Shown: positions 44,819-53,271 of the stretch, one piece after another | Numbering within the stretch: the first letter of the stretch is position 1 | Layout: each line of letters starts with the position of its first letter | The notes under the pieces: generated by a model | Told to the model about the DNA's origin: nothing | Database searches by the model: none | Seen by the model: only the letters and a program-made list of their open reading frames with translations | UHGV virus genome: UHGV-1493261 | Strand: one strand, 5' to 3' | DNA length: 64,000 nucleotides | DNA from: a virus | Program-made: the position numbers and the translations under genes

Positions 44819-45922
44819 ATGAGCGAACAGAAACAATTCTCCGTATTCGACCCAAGCTCGGACAACACTGGTCTACCGTTCTTCGGTGACCCAGTGAGCA
44901 TCCAGCGTTACGATGTCGTGGCCTGGCCATTCGTACAGAAGTGGTATGAGAAAGGTCTCAGTCAATTCTGGCGTCCTGAAGAGGTGGACATCACCAAGGA
45001 CAAGGCAGACTTCGCTACTCTGAACGAAGCAGAGAAACATGTCTACTTCAGCAACCTGAAGCGCCAGACCATGCTGGACTCTATCCAGGGTGCGGCTCCG
45101 TTCGAGGCGTTTGGTCCATGGGCGTCTACCCCTGAAATGCAGTTTGCTGTCCTTGAATGGACGCGCCAGGAAGCCATTCACTCTTTATCGTACACCCACA
45201 TTTTGCGCAATACTGTGAACGATCCAGGTATCGTGTTTGACCACGTACTGGATGTTGTGGAGATCGTGGACTGTGCTCACCAGATCAGTGTGTACTACGA
45301 TGACATGGTACAGTACAGTGGCATGCGTATGGCCGGACGCATCTTCACCCGAGAAGATCTGATGAATGCCAAACGCGCATTCTGGCGTGCTCTGTTTGCT
45401 GCCAACACACTGGAAGGCATCCGCTTCTACGTGTCCTTTGCATGCTCTTGGGCATTCACACAGTTCCAGAAGAAGATGGAAGGCAATGCCAAAATCATTC
45501 GACAGATCGCCCGTGATGAGCAGGATCACCTGATCCTGACCCAGACGCTGCTAAACCGCCTGCCTGGTATGGACCCCGACTTTGCAATCATCCGTGAGGA
45601 ACTGCGTGGTGAGATGACCCAGATGTTCCTGGACGTGGTCCATCAGGAGAAGGAGTGGGCGAACTACCTATTCAAAGACGGTTCCATCCTGGGGCTGAAC
45701 GCCAAGATCCTTCATCAGATGGTAGACTGGCTGGCAACCCACCGGATGGGCGCTATCGGGCACCCATATCCCGGTGAACCTCGCAAGGAGAACCCAGTCC
45801 CATGGATTAATGACTGGCTAGATAATAAGGCAATGCAGTACGCGTTGCAGGAAGCGGAAGCTCCTGATTATCTGATGGGTGTACTGACTGGTTCGGTATC
45901 CGATGGCCTCAAATTCGCTTAA
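44819..45922 (+). CDS. nrdB: ribonucleotide reductase small subunit (NrdB)
   Basis: 367 aa. Iron-ligand helices (EAIHS..Y, EGIRFY, DEQDH), as in class Ia R2. Confidence 0.9.
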   Translation: MSEQKQFSVFDPSSDNTGLPFFGDPVSIQRYDVVAWPFVQKWYEKGLSQFWRPEEVDITKDKADFATLNEAEKHVYFSNLKRQTMLDSIQGAAPFEAFGPWASTPEMQFAVLEWTRQEAIHSLSYTHILRNTVNDPGIVFDHVLDVVEIVDCAHQISVYYDDMVQYSGMRMAGRIFTREDLMNAKRAFWRALFAANTLEGIRFYVSFACSWAFTQFQKKMEGNAKIIRQIARDEQDHLILTQTLLNRLPGMDPDFAIIREELRGEMTQMFLDVVHQEKEWANYLFKDGSILGLNAKILHQMVDWLATHRMGAIGHPYPGEPRKENPVPWINDWLDNKAMQYALQEAEAPDYLMGVLTGSVSDGLKFA

Positions 45923-45931
45923 AGGTGAGAA

Positions 45932-46156
45932 ATGATTACGATCTATTCCAAACAAGGTTGCGCTCAGTGTGTAACAGCCGAAAATCTGTGCAAAATGAAA
46001 GGGCTGGAACACAAGATCCTCAAGCTGGACAAAGATTACCGGCTGGAAGAACTTCAGCAGTTGACGGGTAAGCCGCGCGTGTCGATGCCTGTAATCGTCC
46101 TCGCTGACCAGACCGTGACCGACGTTAATGGACTCGCCGCCAGCCTTAAACGCTGA
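45932..46156 (+). CDS. nrdC: glutaredoxin-like NrdC
   Basis: 74 aa. MITIYSKQGCAQC with CxxC active site. Directly downstream of nrdB. Terminator at 46163-46190. Confidence 0.7.
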   Translation: MITIYSKQGCAQCVTAENLCKMKGLEHKILKLDKDYRLEELQQLTGKPRVSMPVIVLADQTVTDVNGLAASLKR

Positions 46157-46162
46157 CAAGCC

Positions 46163-46190
46163 AAAGCCCCTCATTGAGGGGCTTTACTTC
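46163..46190 (+). terminator. rho-independent terminator
   Basis: AGCCCCTC / ATT / GAGGGGCT then TTACTTC, after nrdC. TATAAT at 46191-46196 follows. Confidence 0.6.
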
Positions 46191-46261
46191 TATAATCCCT
46201 GCGCTTATACTTCCCAGTAATTCATTGGCATTCGCCACAAATTGAAAGCGGGAACTATATC

Positions 46262-46723
46262 ATGACAAACAAAGTACTCACCAACCCACTGCACAACTTC
46301 GGTTACATTCAACTCCCTCTGGTGATCGACACCCTGTACGCCGACGACAAAGAAGAGATCTGCTGGTCACCCACCGCACTGATTGAACGCGAAATCTTCA
46401 AGTCTGTTGTTGATGTCATGTTCCGTATCGGTCGCAATGGACCTCTGGTCTACCTCGGCAAGGTGACTGAGTTGAAGACAAGCCACAACGAACGCTTCCT
46501 TCGTATCGATACAACGGGGTGCTCTCAGCAGGACTTCAACACACTACGTAACTATGTACTGATCAACCGTCCGGTCAGCCAGCACCGCCCGTACCTGACG
46601 TCAATGCACATCGACAATTTCATCACCGACGTGCACCTCCGCGCCGAAACCCTTCATGAAGAGGAAACAGGCCGAGCTATCGACACAGTCTTAAATATGG
46701 TTGTGATCACCCTGGCGGAGTAG
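46262..46723 (+). CDS. hypothetical protein
   Basis: 153 aa. Initiation context GGGAACTATATCATG. Confidence 0.5.
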   Translation: MTNKVLTNPLHNFGYIQLPLVIDTLYADDKEEICWSPTALIEREIFKSVVDVMFRIGRNGPLVYLGKVTELKTSHNERFLRIDTTGCSQQDFNTLRNYVLINRPVSQHRPYLTSMHIDNFITDVHLRAETLHEEETGRAIDTVLNMVVITLAE

Positions 46724-46728
46724 TCCTC

Positions 46729-47079
46729 ATGCAAGATTACAAAGAGCTGAGCATGCAGCTGGCAGTCCCCATACCCGACAAAGATTTATACCAGAACCTG
46801 CATCATCTGATGTCTGAAGGACACATGCTGTCATTGCAGTCTGAGGATGGAACTCAGATCGGTTATGCCACCAGTTGCGTGGTCTACGACAAACCAGGAG
46901 ACGAAGAGCGCGGACAGGTCAGTGTGGGTTCCAGATTTGTGTTGAACAAGAAGCTGGAGGGATCAGTGGTTGACGTCAGGCCGATGATTATCCTCTACCA
47001 CTTCAACGGTAAAGAGATGTTCAGGTTATTGAGCCACTTCATGTTAGTCGTGGCTCCGGCATTCAGGACGAAATTCTAA
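46729..47079 (+). CDS. hypothetical protein
   Basis: 116 aa, GGAG RBS. Converges on the gp25-like gene. Confidence 0.45.
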   Translation: MQDYKELSMQLAVPIPDKDLYQNLHHLMSEGHMLSLQSEDGTQIGYATSCVVYDKPGDEERGQVSVGSRFVLNKKLEGSVVDVRPMIILYHFNGKEMFRLLSHFMLVVAPAFRTKF

Positions 47080-47456
47080 TTCGTCCTTTTCAACCACACG
47101 GTGTCTGTTATTGGATCTGGATTGTTGACCACATAGAATGTGATGGTAACGCCCAGAGAATGGTAATCCTCTGACAGACTCACCGTGACTTCTTCTACCT
47201 CTGCTCTGGGTTCATACAGGGCGATAGCGTCCTCTACTTTGTTCCTCACGTCTACCTGGATAGTCGGTGTCGTGTTTTCGCCCAGCAGCCCATAAAGCCC
47301 CGCGCCGATCCCAGGATAAGTAGGCCAATCCCCAACCGAAGACATGACGATATTCCGCACGGATTGTAAGACAGCATACACACCTGATTTCATGGTGACA
47401 TCTTTGGTCACCGGATGCATGCCGAACTTCAGATCGACATCTTTATACTCTTTCAT
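47076..47456 (-). CDS. gp25: baseplate wedge protein (gp25-like, GPW family)
   Basis: 126 aa. GDWPTYPGIGAGLYGLLGENTTP...ALYEPRAEVEEV...FYVVNNPDPI parallels T4 gp25 (GSRPFDPEFGCDLSDQLFENMTP...RNYEPRIDKLAV...FSVIDNPDDI). GAGAGGA RBS. Confidence 0.75.
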   Translation of the reverse strand: MKEYKDVDLKFGMHPVTKDVTMKSGVYAVLQSVRNIVMSSVGDWPTYPGIGAGLYGLLGENTTPTIQVDVRNKVEDAIALYEPRAEVEEVTVSLSEDYHSLGVTITFYVVNNPDPITDTVWLKRTN

Positions 47457-47529
47457 TTCGCGATCCTCTCAGGATGCCTATAAGGAGCAGAGAGACGTGC
47501 TGCCCCTCTGCCACCAAACTTATACCAAC

Positions 47530-49140
47530 TTACTCTTTGGTGCCGAAATTACCACCATTGTCTTTTAATTCTGCCTTGATGTCAATCTCACCCGGACCCG
47601 TAGGGGATGCAGGGGTTGCACCTGACAGAGAAGAAGCGCGACCAGCACCTTCGGCATATATGATGTTACCATTGATCGTCTGAGCGACAGTCAGTTTGTC
47701 AGCGATTATCTCAGTCGTTAGAATCTTAGGAACCTTCAATGTCCCGCCGACCTCCAGAGTCTCGCAGATAATGCGCAGAATATTCTGCGCTTGCATTTCC
47801 GCTAGGTCACTGAATTTCATCAGCGCTGTGCCCGCAACCACATTTGAGTAGTTGTTGGAATGCAAATGATAGACCTCACCTGTCTTGCGCTGAACTTCAG
47901 TTCCTTTGACCGTCAGGTTGTGGTCCCCGCCGACATAATAACGCTTGTTGAACATCGTCAGGTCATAGTGGTCTTTGACGGACTTGTTGACCACATCACC
48001 ATCCGGCAACATTTGCTTGTAAGACCCAGACTTATGCATCCAATGAAGACGTTCACCACCAGGGGTGTCATCCACTTCCATAATATGCCCAGCTCGGGAC
48101 ACCATGACGTTATTGTACGGGTATTTGGAGCCACCCGCAGCCGGAACTATGGTCTCTCCAGTGTTGTCAATATCCCGCACTCGCCCAGTGGGAGCCGGAG
48201 TCGGTTGTTCCTTTGGAGTACGATCTGGGATAGGTTCTGACCATTTACCATTCTGCTGAGCAGGCAAGGCTGTGGCTGTGTTAGCAGGACCAGGCCAACG
48301 ATACCCCAAGACCGAAGAACGTCTGAAACGACTGACCTTCACTGAATCGGATTGGTTGCCACCAATACACCAGACATAGTTTTCATCGAACTTCTGTACA
48401 AACGCCACGTGTCCAAATGTAGGGTTGTTACCACGCCGGAAGACTACGATAGCACCATATTGTGGTGCTGACAGTGGAGTGCCCCATGTAAGGTAAGATC
48501 GGGCAAGAGCGGAGCGTGTAGACGTGTATCCAGCCTGTATCATAACCCAACCCACGAACGCCGCACACCACGACACTTCATCTTCAGAAGCACCAAGGGA
48601 GGTTGTCTTGTGATATTCTATAATGCGCGGGTTGTTGTTGAACTTTCCGGCATACTCCTTGATACCCAATTCGCCACGAGCGATTGTCATCCACTTCTCT
48701 GGATCATACCCACCAACAGGTGGTTGTGGATCTGGTTGTGGTTCGTCTTCTTGTTTCACAGGAACGTCAGTGACAGCGTTGTACGCCTGACGTTCTACAG
48801 ATTGAACGACCTGCCCGAGAGCCAGCGGGTTTGTGTCGGCGCCATCAGTAGGGCTTGAACCAGTCCAAGTCCAGGTGATGCGTAAATTCTGGTATGCTTC
48901 GTCAAGGGCGAACCCCATAACCTCAGTGCCAGGAATGATACCCGTTGGAGACCAACCTAAACCAGCAGAGGAGGCATTTGAAGCAGGCATCAGTACCTTC
49001 GCCCATGGGAGTTTGTCTGTAGGCAGGAGGACGGGATCGTCGGTGTGTACGCCATATATGCGGACGGCGACGCGCCCGTTTTGGTCTGGATCGTTGACAT
49101 CTTCAACGGTGCCGTAAAACCATCTCATATTGTCTAACAT
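47530..49140 (-). CDS. gp5: baseplate hub / tail-associated lysozyme-like protein (gp5-like)
   Basis: 536 aa. N-terminal OB-like FYGTVEDVNDPDQNGRVAVRIYGVH; central peptidase/lysozyme-like block (EYAGKFNNNPRIIEYH...SWCAAFVGWV...GHVAFV); C-terminal repetitive region. CATAAATA 35 nt upstream of ATG on the - strand. Confidence 0.75.
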   Translation of the reverse strand: MLDNMRWFYGTVEDVNDPDQNGRVAVRIYGVHTDDPVLLPTDKLPWAKVLMPASNASSAGLGWSPTGIIPGTEVMGFALDEAYQNLRITWTWTGSSPTDGADTNPLALGQVVQSVERQAYNAVTDVPVKQEDEPQPDPQPPVGGYDPEKWMTIARGELGIKEYAGKFNNNPRIIEYHKTTSLGASEDEVSWCAAFVGWVMIQAGYTSTRSALARSYLTWGTPLSAPQYGAIVVFRRGNNPTFGHVAFVQKFDENYVWCIGGNQSDSVKVSRFRRSSVLGYRWPGPANTATALPAQQNGKWSEPIPDRTPKEQPTPAPTGRVRDIDNTGETIVPAAGGSKYPYNNVMVSRAGHIMEVDDTPGGERLHWMHKSGSYKQMLPDGDVVNKSVKDHYDLTMFNKRYYVGGDHNLTVKGTEVQRKTGEVYHLHSNNYSNVVAGTALMKFSDLAEMQAQNILRIICETLEVGGTLKVPKILTTEIIADKLTVAQTINGNIIYAEGAGRASSLSGATPASPTGPGEIDIKAELKDNGGNFGTKE

Positions 49141-49174
49141 ATTGAGTTCCGGTTGTCAAACAAGGATTTGAAGG

Positions 49175-49182
49175 TATTTATG
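49175..49182 (-). promoter_or_regulatory. late promoter-like CATAAATA
   Basis: 7/8 match to TATAAATA on the - strand, again exactly 35 nt upstream of the gp5-like ATG at 49140. Confidence 0.45.
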
Positions 49183-49248
49183 CGCAGCTGATTTTGCCTT
49201 ATATACTATAGGAAGCTCTGCTTCCGTTCATTTTATTTGTTTTATTCG

Positions 49249-49268
49249 ATCCTATTCGCTTCGCTCAT
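49249..49268 (-). repeat. 20-mer ATGAGCGAAGCGAATAGGAT, copy 2 (inverted)
   Basis: Reverse complement of 4075-4094, located in the 510-bp intergenic region between the gp5-like and zinc-ribbon genes. Confidence 0.7.
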
Positions 49269-49486
49269 CAAACCGCCCTATGCGGGCAGCACCATTCCAA
49301 TGCCATGGAGGCATAAGGGCGAGGCAATAACTGTACACCCCAGAACACTCCTTGAAAAATGGTATTTTACTGACAATCTGATTCAAAACAAACAAACACC
49401 AACAAATGACTCGGGAACAAGCCCATTATAGCAATTTCAGGTAAAGAGAGTGCGTGTTAACCGATTTTACAGTTAAGCCAATAAAA

Positions 49487-49504
49487 ATCCCGCCGAAGCG
49501 GGAT
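49487..49504 (-). terminator. rho-independent terminator (minus-strand orientation)
   Basis: ATCCCGC / CGAA / GCGGGAT with A-run 49483-49487 on the + strand, i.e. U-run on the - strand downstream of the minus gene ending 49653. Confidence 0.55.
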
Positions 49505-49652
49505 TACTGTTTCTTAGACAACCTGACCTTGAGGGCTTCGGTTAACAAGTCAAGATGCCATGGCATCGACTCGTTGATTTCAAATATGCTATAGCCGTGT
49601 AACTTCAATTCATCACACATCACGAAGTAGGATAATAAATCAGTTTCAAACA

Positions 49653-50459
49653 TTAAATGAAAATTTCATTAATACTATTGAATTCGATTTTGTGCTCCTT
49701 ACCACATTTCGGACACTTGATCGAACTCTTGTAGTGGATGCGCGGTATTTTGTGGAAGAAGTTCTTCGTAATGCTGTCAATAACATCTGATTCGATGTTA
49801 TCCTTCACCCACTCAACAAACGCTTCTTTCACACGGCGGCGCTCAGTAGCCTCTTCCGGAGTGATTCCGATTTCTTCAGGATTCTCAACCTTCCACACCT
49901 GACCGTCATCATCGTACAGACAGTCGATAAAGGTGGCCAGCATCATCTCAACGCTTGCAGCATCAGACAGTGCCGTAGCGTCCGAGAAGGAAGGTTGGCG
50001 CATCTTGAGGTGATATCCACCTGGCAAGTCAAACGTCTCCCGGAAGCCGTCCTGAGCAATGCATTTGACGTTGTTCAACGGGATAGGTAGAGTCAGTTCC
50101 TGCTCACAGGGAACCATCTGACGCTTTTCTTGACCATCTCCCAGATCGATCGTTTCTTCAATCTGATTATTGCACTTATAACGAATCTTCATCAATTCAC
50201 CGATGGAGATCATGCGCATGCGGATGAACACTTCCTCAACAACGCCGATTGGCAGTTTACTGAAAGGTGCGCCTGCATTTACACACTCGCTAAAGAGACT
50301 CTCCATCATGGCCGCGCGTTCTTCAATCGGCGTTTGCGGATCTGACACCTGAAGTAATAAAGTTTGTTGCCCCGCAGTAAAGGCGCGATATTTGATCACA
50401 GTAGGCCAAAAGTCGCTTTTATATGTCTTTTCTGTTCTGGGCAATGATGGTAAATTCAT
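49653..50459 (-). CDS. hypothetical protein with C-terminal zinc ribbon; possible baseplate hub component by position
   Basis: Start at minus ATG 50459 (GGAGAT RBS) inside track ORF ending 50573. C-terminal CPKCGKEHKIEF. Adjacent to gp5/gp25 on the same strand. Terminator at 49487-49504. Confidence 0.45.
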   Translation of the reverse strand: MNLPSLPRTEKTYKSDFWPTVIKYRAFTAGQQTLLLQVSDPQTPIEERAAMMESLFSECVNAGAPFSKLPIGVVEEVFIRMRMISIGELMKIRYKCNNQIEETIDLGDGQEKRQMVPCEQELTLPIPLNNVKCIAQDGFRETFDLPGGYHLKMRQPSFSDATALSDAASVEMMLATFIDCLYDDDGQVWKVENPEEIGITPEEATERRRVKEAFVEWVKDNIESDVIDSITKNFFHKIPRIHYKSSIKCPKCGKEHKIEFNSINEIFI

Positions 50460-50508
50460 AATGTATCTCCACGGTATATTGTAAGAGTAATTATAACGAG
50501 GAATGAAA

Positions 50509-51033
50509 ATGCGCGGATTTTGTTTTAGTGAAATAGGCAAAGAACTGTCTATACAATATCCCGATCCCAACACAGACTTCTTTATCTTCCTGACCGATTA
50601 TGCCAAGAAAGAGAATATCCTCCATGTGGCAATGAAACACGAAGATTATAAGTTCTGTCGGCTGGGTGTCAAAGACCTGCTGCGTTATGGTCTACAAGTG
50701 GTCATCGTAGACCCATACTACAGCCCTATCGACGATGAAGAAGTTCTACCCGTATATGTTCACCGCAACATCAATACATTGGACAAGCATTATCCAGATT
50801 GTATTGTCATCGGCGAACTCATCTCGTATTATCATCGTGTGCGAAAGCTAGAACAGATTAAAAGTTATTTTCAAGAGGGTGTTGGTCAATATAAGATGAA
50901 TGCCCTTAGTAGTGGATGGATGGTGCTGTCTTCAGCAGGCAGTGCTGACTATATTAAGATGCGTGTCTACCAATACGTTGTGGAGCGCGATTATGAACTG
51001 GAGAAAAGTAATGCAAAACGAAAAACCCGTTGA
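50509..51033 (+). CDS. hypothetical protein
   Basis: ATG 50509 is 6 nt after GAGGAA. Divergent from the minus gene at 50459 across a 49-bp promoter region containing TTATAAC. Confidence 0.45.
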   Translation: MRGFCFSEIGKELSIQYPDPNTDFFIFLTDYAKKENILHVAMKHEDYKFCRLGVKDLLRYGLQVVIVDPYYSPIDDEEVLPVYVHRNINTLDKHYPDCIVIGELISYYHRVRKLEQIKSYFQEGVGQYKMNALSSGWMVLSSAGSADYIKMRVYQYVVERDYELEKSNAKRKTR

Positions 51034-51502
51034 ACGTGCTCCGATTGAGGAAGTACAACAACACGTCCTGGACCTTATGAAACACACAGTTTCTGATGCC
51101 GAAGGTAAAGTGCCGGATGAGTTCATCGGTGCGTTCGATCAGGTGGCTTTCGATACCGAAGGAGTTCCTTTGATCCAGACGATCGCTGGTATGGTTTTGT
51201 TTGAACCAAAAGCAGTAGAAAATGGCGTAATCGTCTACTCAGCCAACATCGGTGTGGACGGTGAGTCCCTGTCTCTCGAAGTTAGCAACATTGCTAAGTA
51301 CCTGATCAAGTGTGGTTATGATCTGCAGGTTGTGTCAGCCCACTACATCGATCCTCAGGGGCAGATCTCCTACGGTGATGAAGCGCGCAAAGTGAAACGC
51401 CACATTGACACTACCGTGATCCTGCAGAGTATCCAACAGATGCAGAAGAACCTGGACCACCCTGGTCTGATCCTGCCTGATAGCAAAATCATCACCCGTT
51501 AA
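51011..51502 (+). CDS. hypothetical protein
   Basis: Start at ATG 51011 (GGAGAA RBS) inside track ORF 50900. 163 aa, acidic. Confidence 0.45.
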   Translation: MQNEKPVERAPIEEVQQHVLDLMKHTVSDAEGKVPDEFIGAFDQVAFDTEGVPLIQTIAGMVLFEPKAVENGVIVYSANIGVDGESLSLEVSNIAKYLIKCGYDLQVVSAHYIDPQGQISYGDEARKVKRHIDTTVILQSIQQMQKNLDHPGLILPDSKIITR

Positions 51503-51553
51503 CCCGGCGTAAATAGCCCATACACCAATGAAACTTCGTTATGGGCTATTTAC

Positions 51554-52144
51554 ATGAAATATTGCGGAATCGACTACTCCTATGGCTGTCCATCCCTGTG
51601 CTTCTGGGATGATAAAGACCCTCTTGATTTTGATCATCTGCGCTTCTACGCATATTATACTGTGGAGAAGTACTGCACTCAGATTCGTCAGAACATCCTT
51701 ATCATGAAGCAACCGAAGTGGGAGACCCCAGAAGAACGCTTCTATAACATCTGTAAATGGGCTGAGGCTGTCCTGTTGACTGAGAAGCCGGATGCGATCA
51801 CTCTTGAAGGGTATGCTATGGGCAACTCTAAGAACTCCAACAACATATGCCAGACCGCAGAGAATACCTCTCTGTTGAAGCAAGCCCTGCGCCGTAACAA
51901 TTTCGACTTCCAGATCGTGACGCCATCCCATGTGAAGAAGATGTTCACCGACAAGGGCAACGCGGATAAACACGCCATGATCGCTCACTTCGAGTCACTG
52001 TTCAATGTTAGCATGCGCGGTATAATGGATATGTTGGAAGTTAAGGATCCTAAGCCAATCGATGACCTCGTGGATTCGTTTGCGATAATGGCTTGTGGCT
52101 CTTACTTCATTGAGAATAATCCAGACTTCAACAGAGGTGTATGA
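51554..52144 (+). CDS. RuvC-like Holliday junction resolvase (tentative)
   Basis: N-terminal CGIDYSYG (RuvC GIDPG-like Asp), central ITLEGYA (Glu), C-terminal DDLVDSFAIMA (RuvC DxxDAxA-like). Confidence 0.5.
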   Translation: MKYCGIDYSYGCPSLCFWDDKDPLDFDHLRFYAYYTVEKYCTQIRQNILIMKQPKWETPEERFYNICKWAEAVLLTEKPDAITLEGYAMGNSKNSNNICQTAENTSLLKQALRRNNFDFQIVTPSHVKKMFTDKGNADKHAMIAHFESLFNVSMRGIMDMLEVKDPKPIDDLVDSFAIMACGSYFIENNPDFNRGV

Positions 52145-52455
52145 TGGTCGATTATTGGTTGTTGGCGAACTTCCTGACGTTCGCCTTGTTGTTAGTGGTT
52201 GTCTTGGTCTGGGTGAAGTCGTTCTTCACTCTGGTTCATGCGTATGTGTACCAGATCAACTTCTACACACTGTCCCCACATCGTGACACGAACGTTCGTG
52301 CCGATCAACAGGCCGAGGCTATCCTCTCATATCAGTTCATCCACATGCGCGATAAAATGATCAAGCGTGTAGTGTTTTCTACAGTGATGTTGCTGGTTAT
52401 CATTATGGTACGTTTCGTGCTGACAACCGTGGGGGTGTTCCATGCCGCTGTATGA
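52141..52455 (+). CDS. small membrane protein (two predicted TM helices)
   Basis: ATGA overlap with the upstream stop. LLANFLTFALLLVVVLVWV and VVFSTVMLLVIIMVRFVLTTV hydrophobic segments. Confidence 0.45.
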   Translation: MMVDYWLLANFLTFALLLVVVLVWVKSFFTLVHAYVYQINFYTLSPHRDTNVRADQQAEAILSYQFIHMRDKMIKRVVFSTVMLLVIIMVRFVLTTVGVFHAAV

Positions 52456-52687
52456 TTATCAATGCAAGGGCTGTGGTAACGAGGTGACACTGCGTAAATC
52501 TATTGCAGATCGCCATGAGCCTGAATCCAACCCCTGCACTGAGTGCGGAGGGGAGATTAAAATGATCGTGGGTGCTCCCAAGATTGTCTCTGGGGTGAAG
52601 GGACCACAATCAGCTCCAGACGGCTTCAAGGACGTCTTGCGTACGATAAAGAAGGGTTCGGGTAAGGGGAACACAATCGATGTCTGA
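52442..52687 (+). CDS. FmdB-family zinc-ribbon protein
   Basis: MPLYDYQCKGCG ... CTECGG: CxxC...CxxC zinc ribbon with the FmdB-like MP.Y.Y.C N-terminus. Confidence 0.5.
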   Translation: MPLYDYQCKGCGNEVTLRKSIADRHEPESNPCTECGGEIKMIVGAPKIVSGVKGPQSAPDGFKDVLRTIKKGSGKGNTIDV

Positions 52688-52925
52688 CGAAAAACAGCCA
52701 GCGCTTGTGATGACACCAGAATTATTTTCTGAAATCGTCCTACTACGCGCCGCCCAAACCAAGGATAGTATCCTTGAGACTCTGGCAGCTGTCTGTGAAG
52801 AGAACGACATAGACGAGACCAAAGTCAAAAAGATGATTACAGCACCATTGTTGTCACGACTGACAGCTGAGTGCTCCGATGCGCGCCTGATCAAAGACGC
52901 GCTAAAGTCCAAGAAATTAGTGTAG
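52680..52925 (+). CDS. hypothetical protein
   Basis: 81 aa, overlaps the upstream ORF by 8 nt. Confidence 0.4.
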   Translation: MSDEKQPALVMTPELFSEIVLLRAAQTKDSILETLAAVCEENDIDETKVKKMITAPLLSRLTAECSDARLIKDALKSKKLV

Positions 52926-52932
52926 GTCTATT

Positions 52933-53172
52933 ATGAGCAAAGAATCAATTTACAGCGCAATGAAAGCTGCCGAGTTTCTTCCTGGCGCAATGCGCTGGCG
53001 TGTGGGTAGCCTGAACGAGAATGCTGACCAGACGGATCGTATTCGTTACGTTACCCCTGATGGTCGCTCATATGTCGTTGAGTATCACACGCACGACGAA
53101 GGCAAGAAGACGTTTTCGGACGTGTTCGACATTATTGAAATTGACCCAGCAAATCAAGTGCTTAAAGGTTAA
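52933..53172 (+). CDS. hypothetical protein
   Basis: 79 aa. Followed by the long gp32 leader. Confidence 0.4.
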   Translation: MSKESIYSAMKAAEFLPGAMRWRVGSLNENADQTDRIRYVTPDGRSYVVEYHTHDEGKKTFSDVFDIIEIDPANQVLKG

Positions 53173-53271
53173 TTCAATGTAAAATCGGGGTATAATTACC
53201 CCGCTTTGTAGTAAACTGAAAATACATGCAACAGAATAGCCCTGAGGGGCGGAAATAGAGGAAATTAAGAA

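Noticed and set aside
42466-45922. Group I introns or inteins in the nrd genes
   Set aside because: NrdA (760 aa) and NrdB (367 aa) have the lengths of intact E. coli-type proteins with no internal stop-rich or endonuclease-like insertions.
49237-49431. 64-aa + ORF inside the 510-bp intergenic region
   Set aside because: Wrong strand for the surrounding minus-strand block, no RBS, low-complexity sequence; more likely non-coding regulatory DNA.
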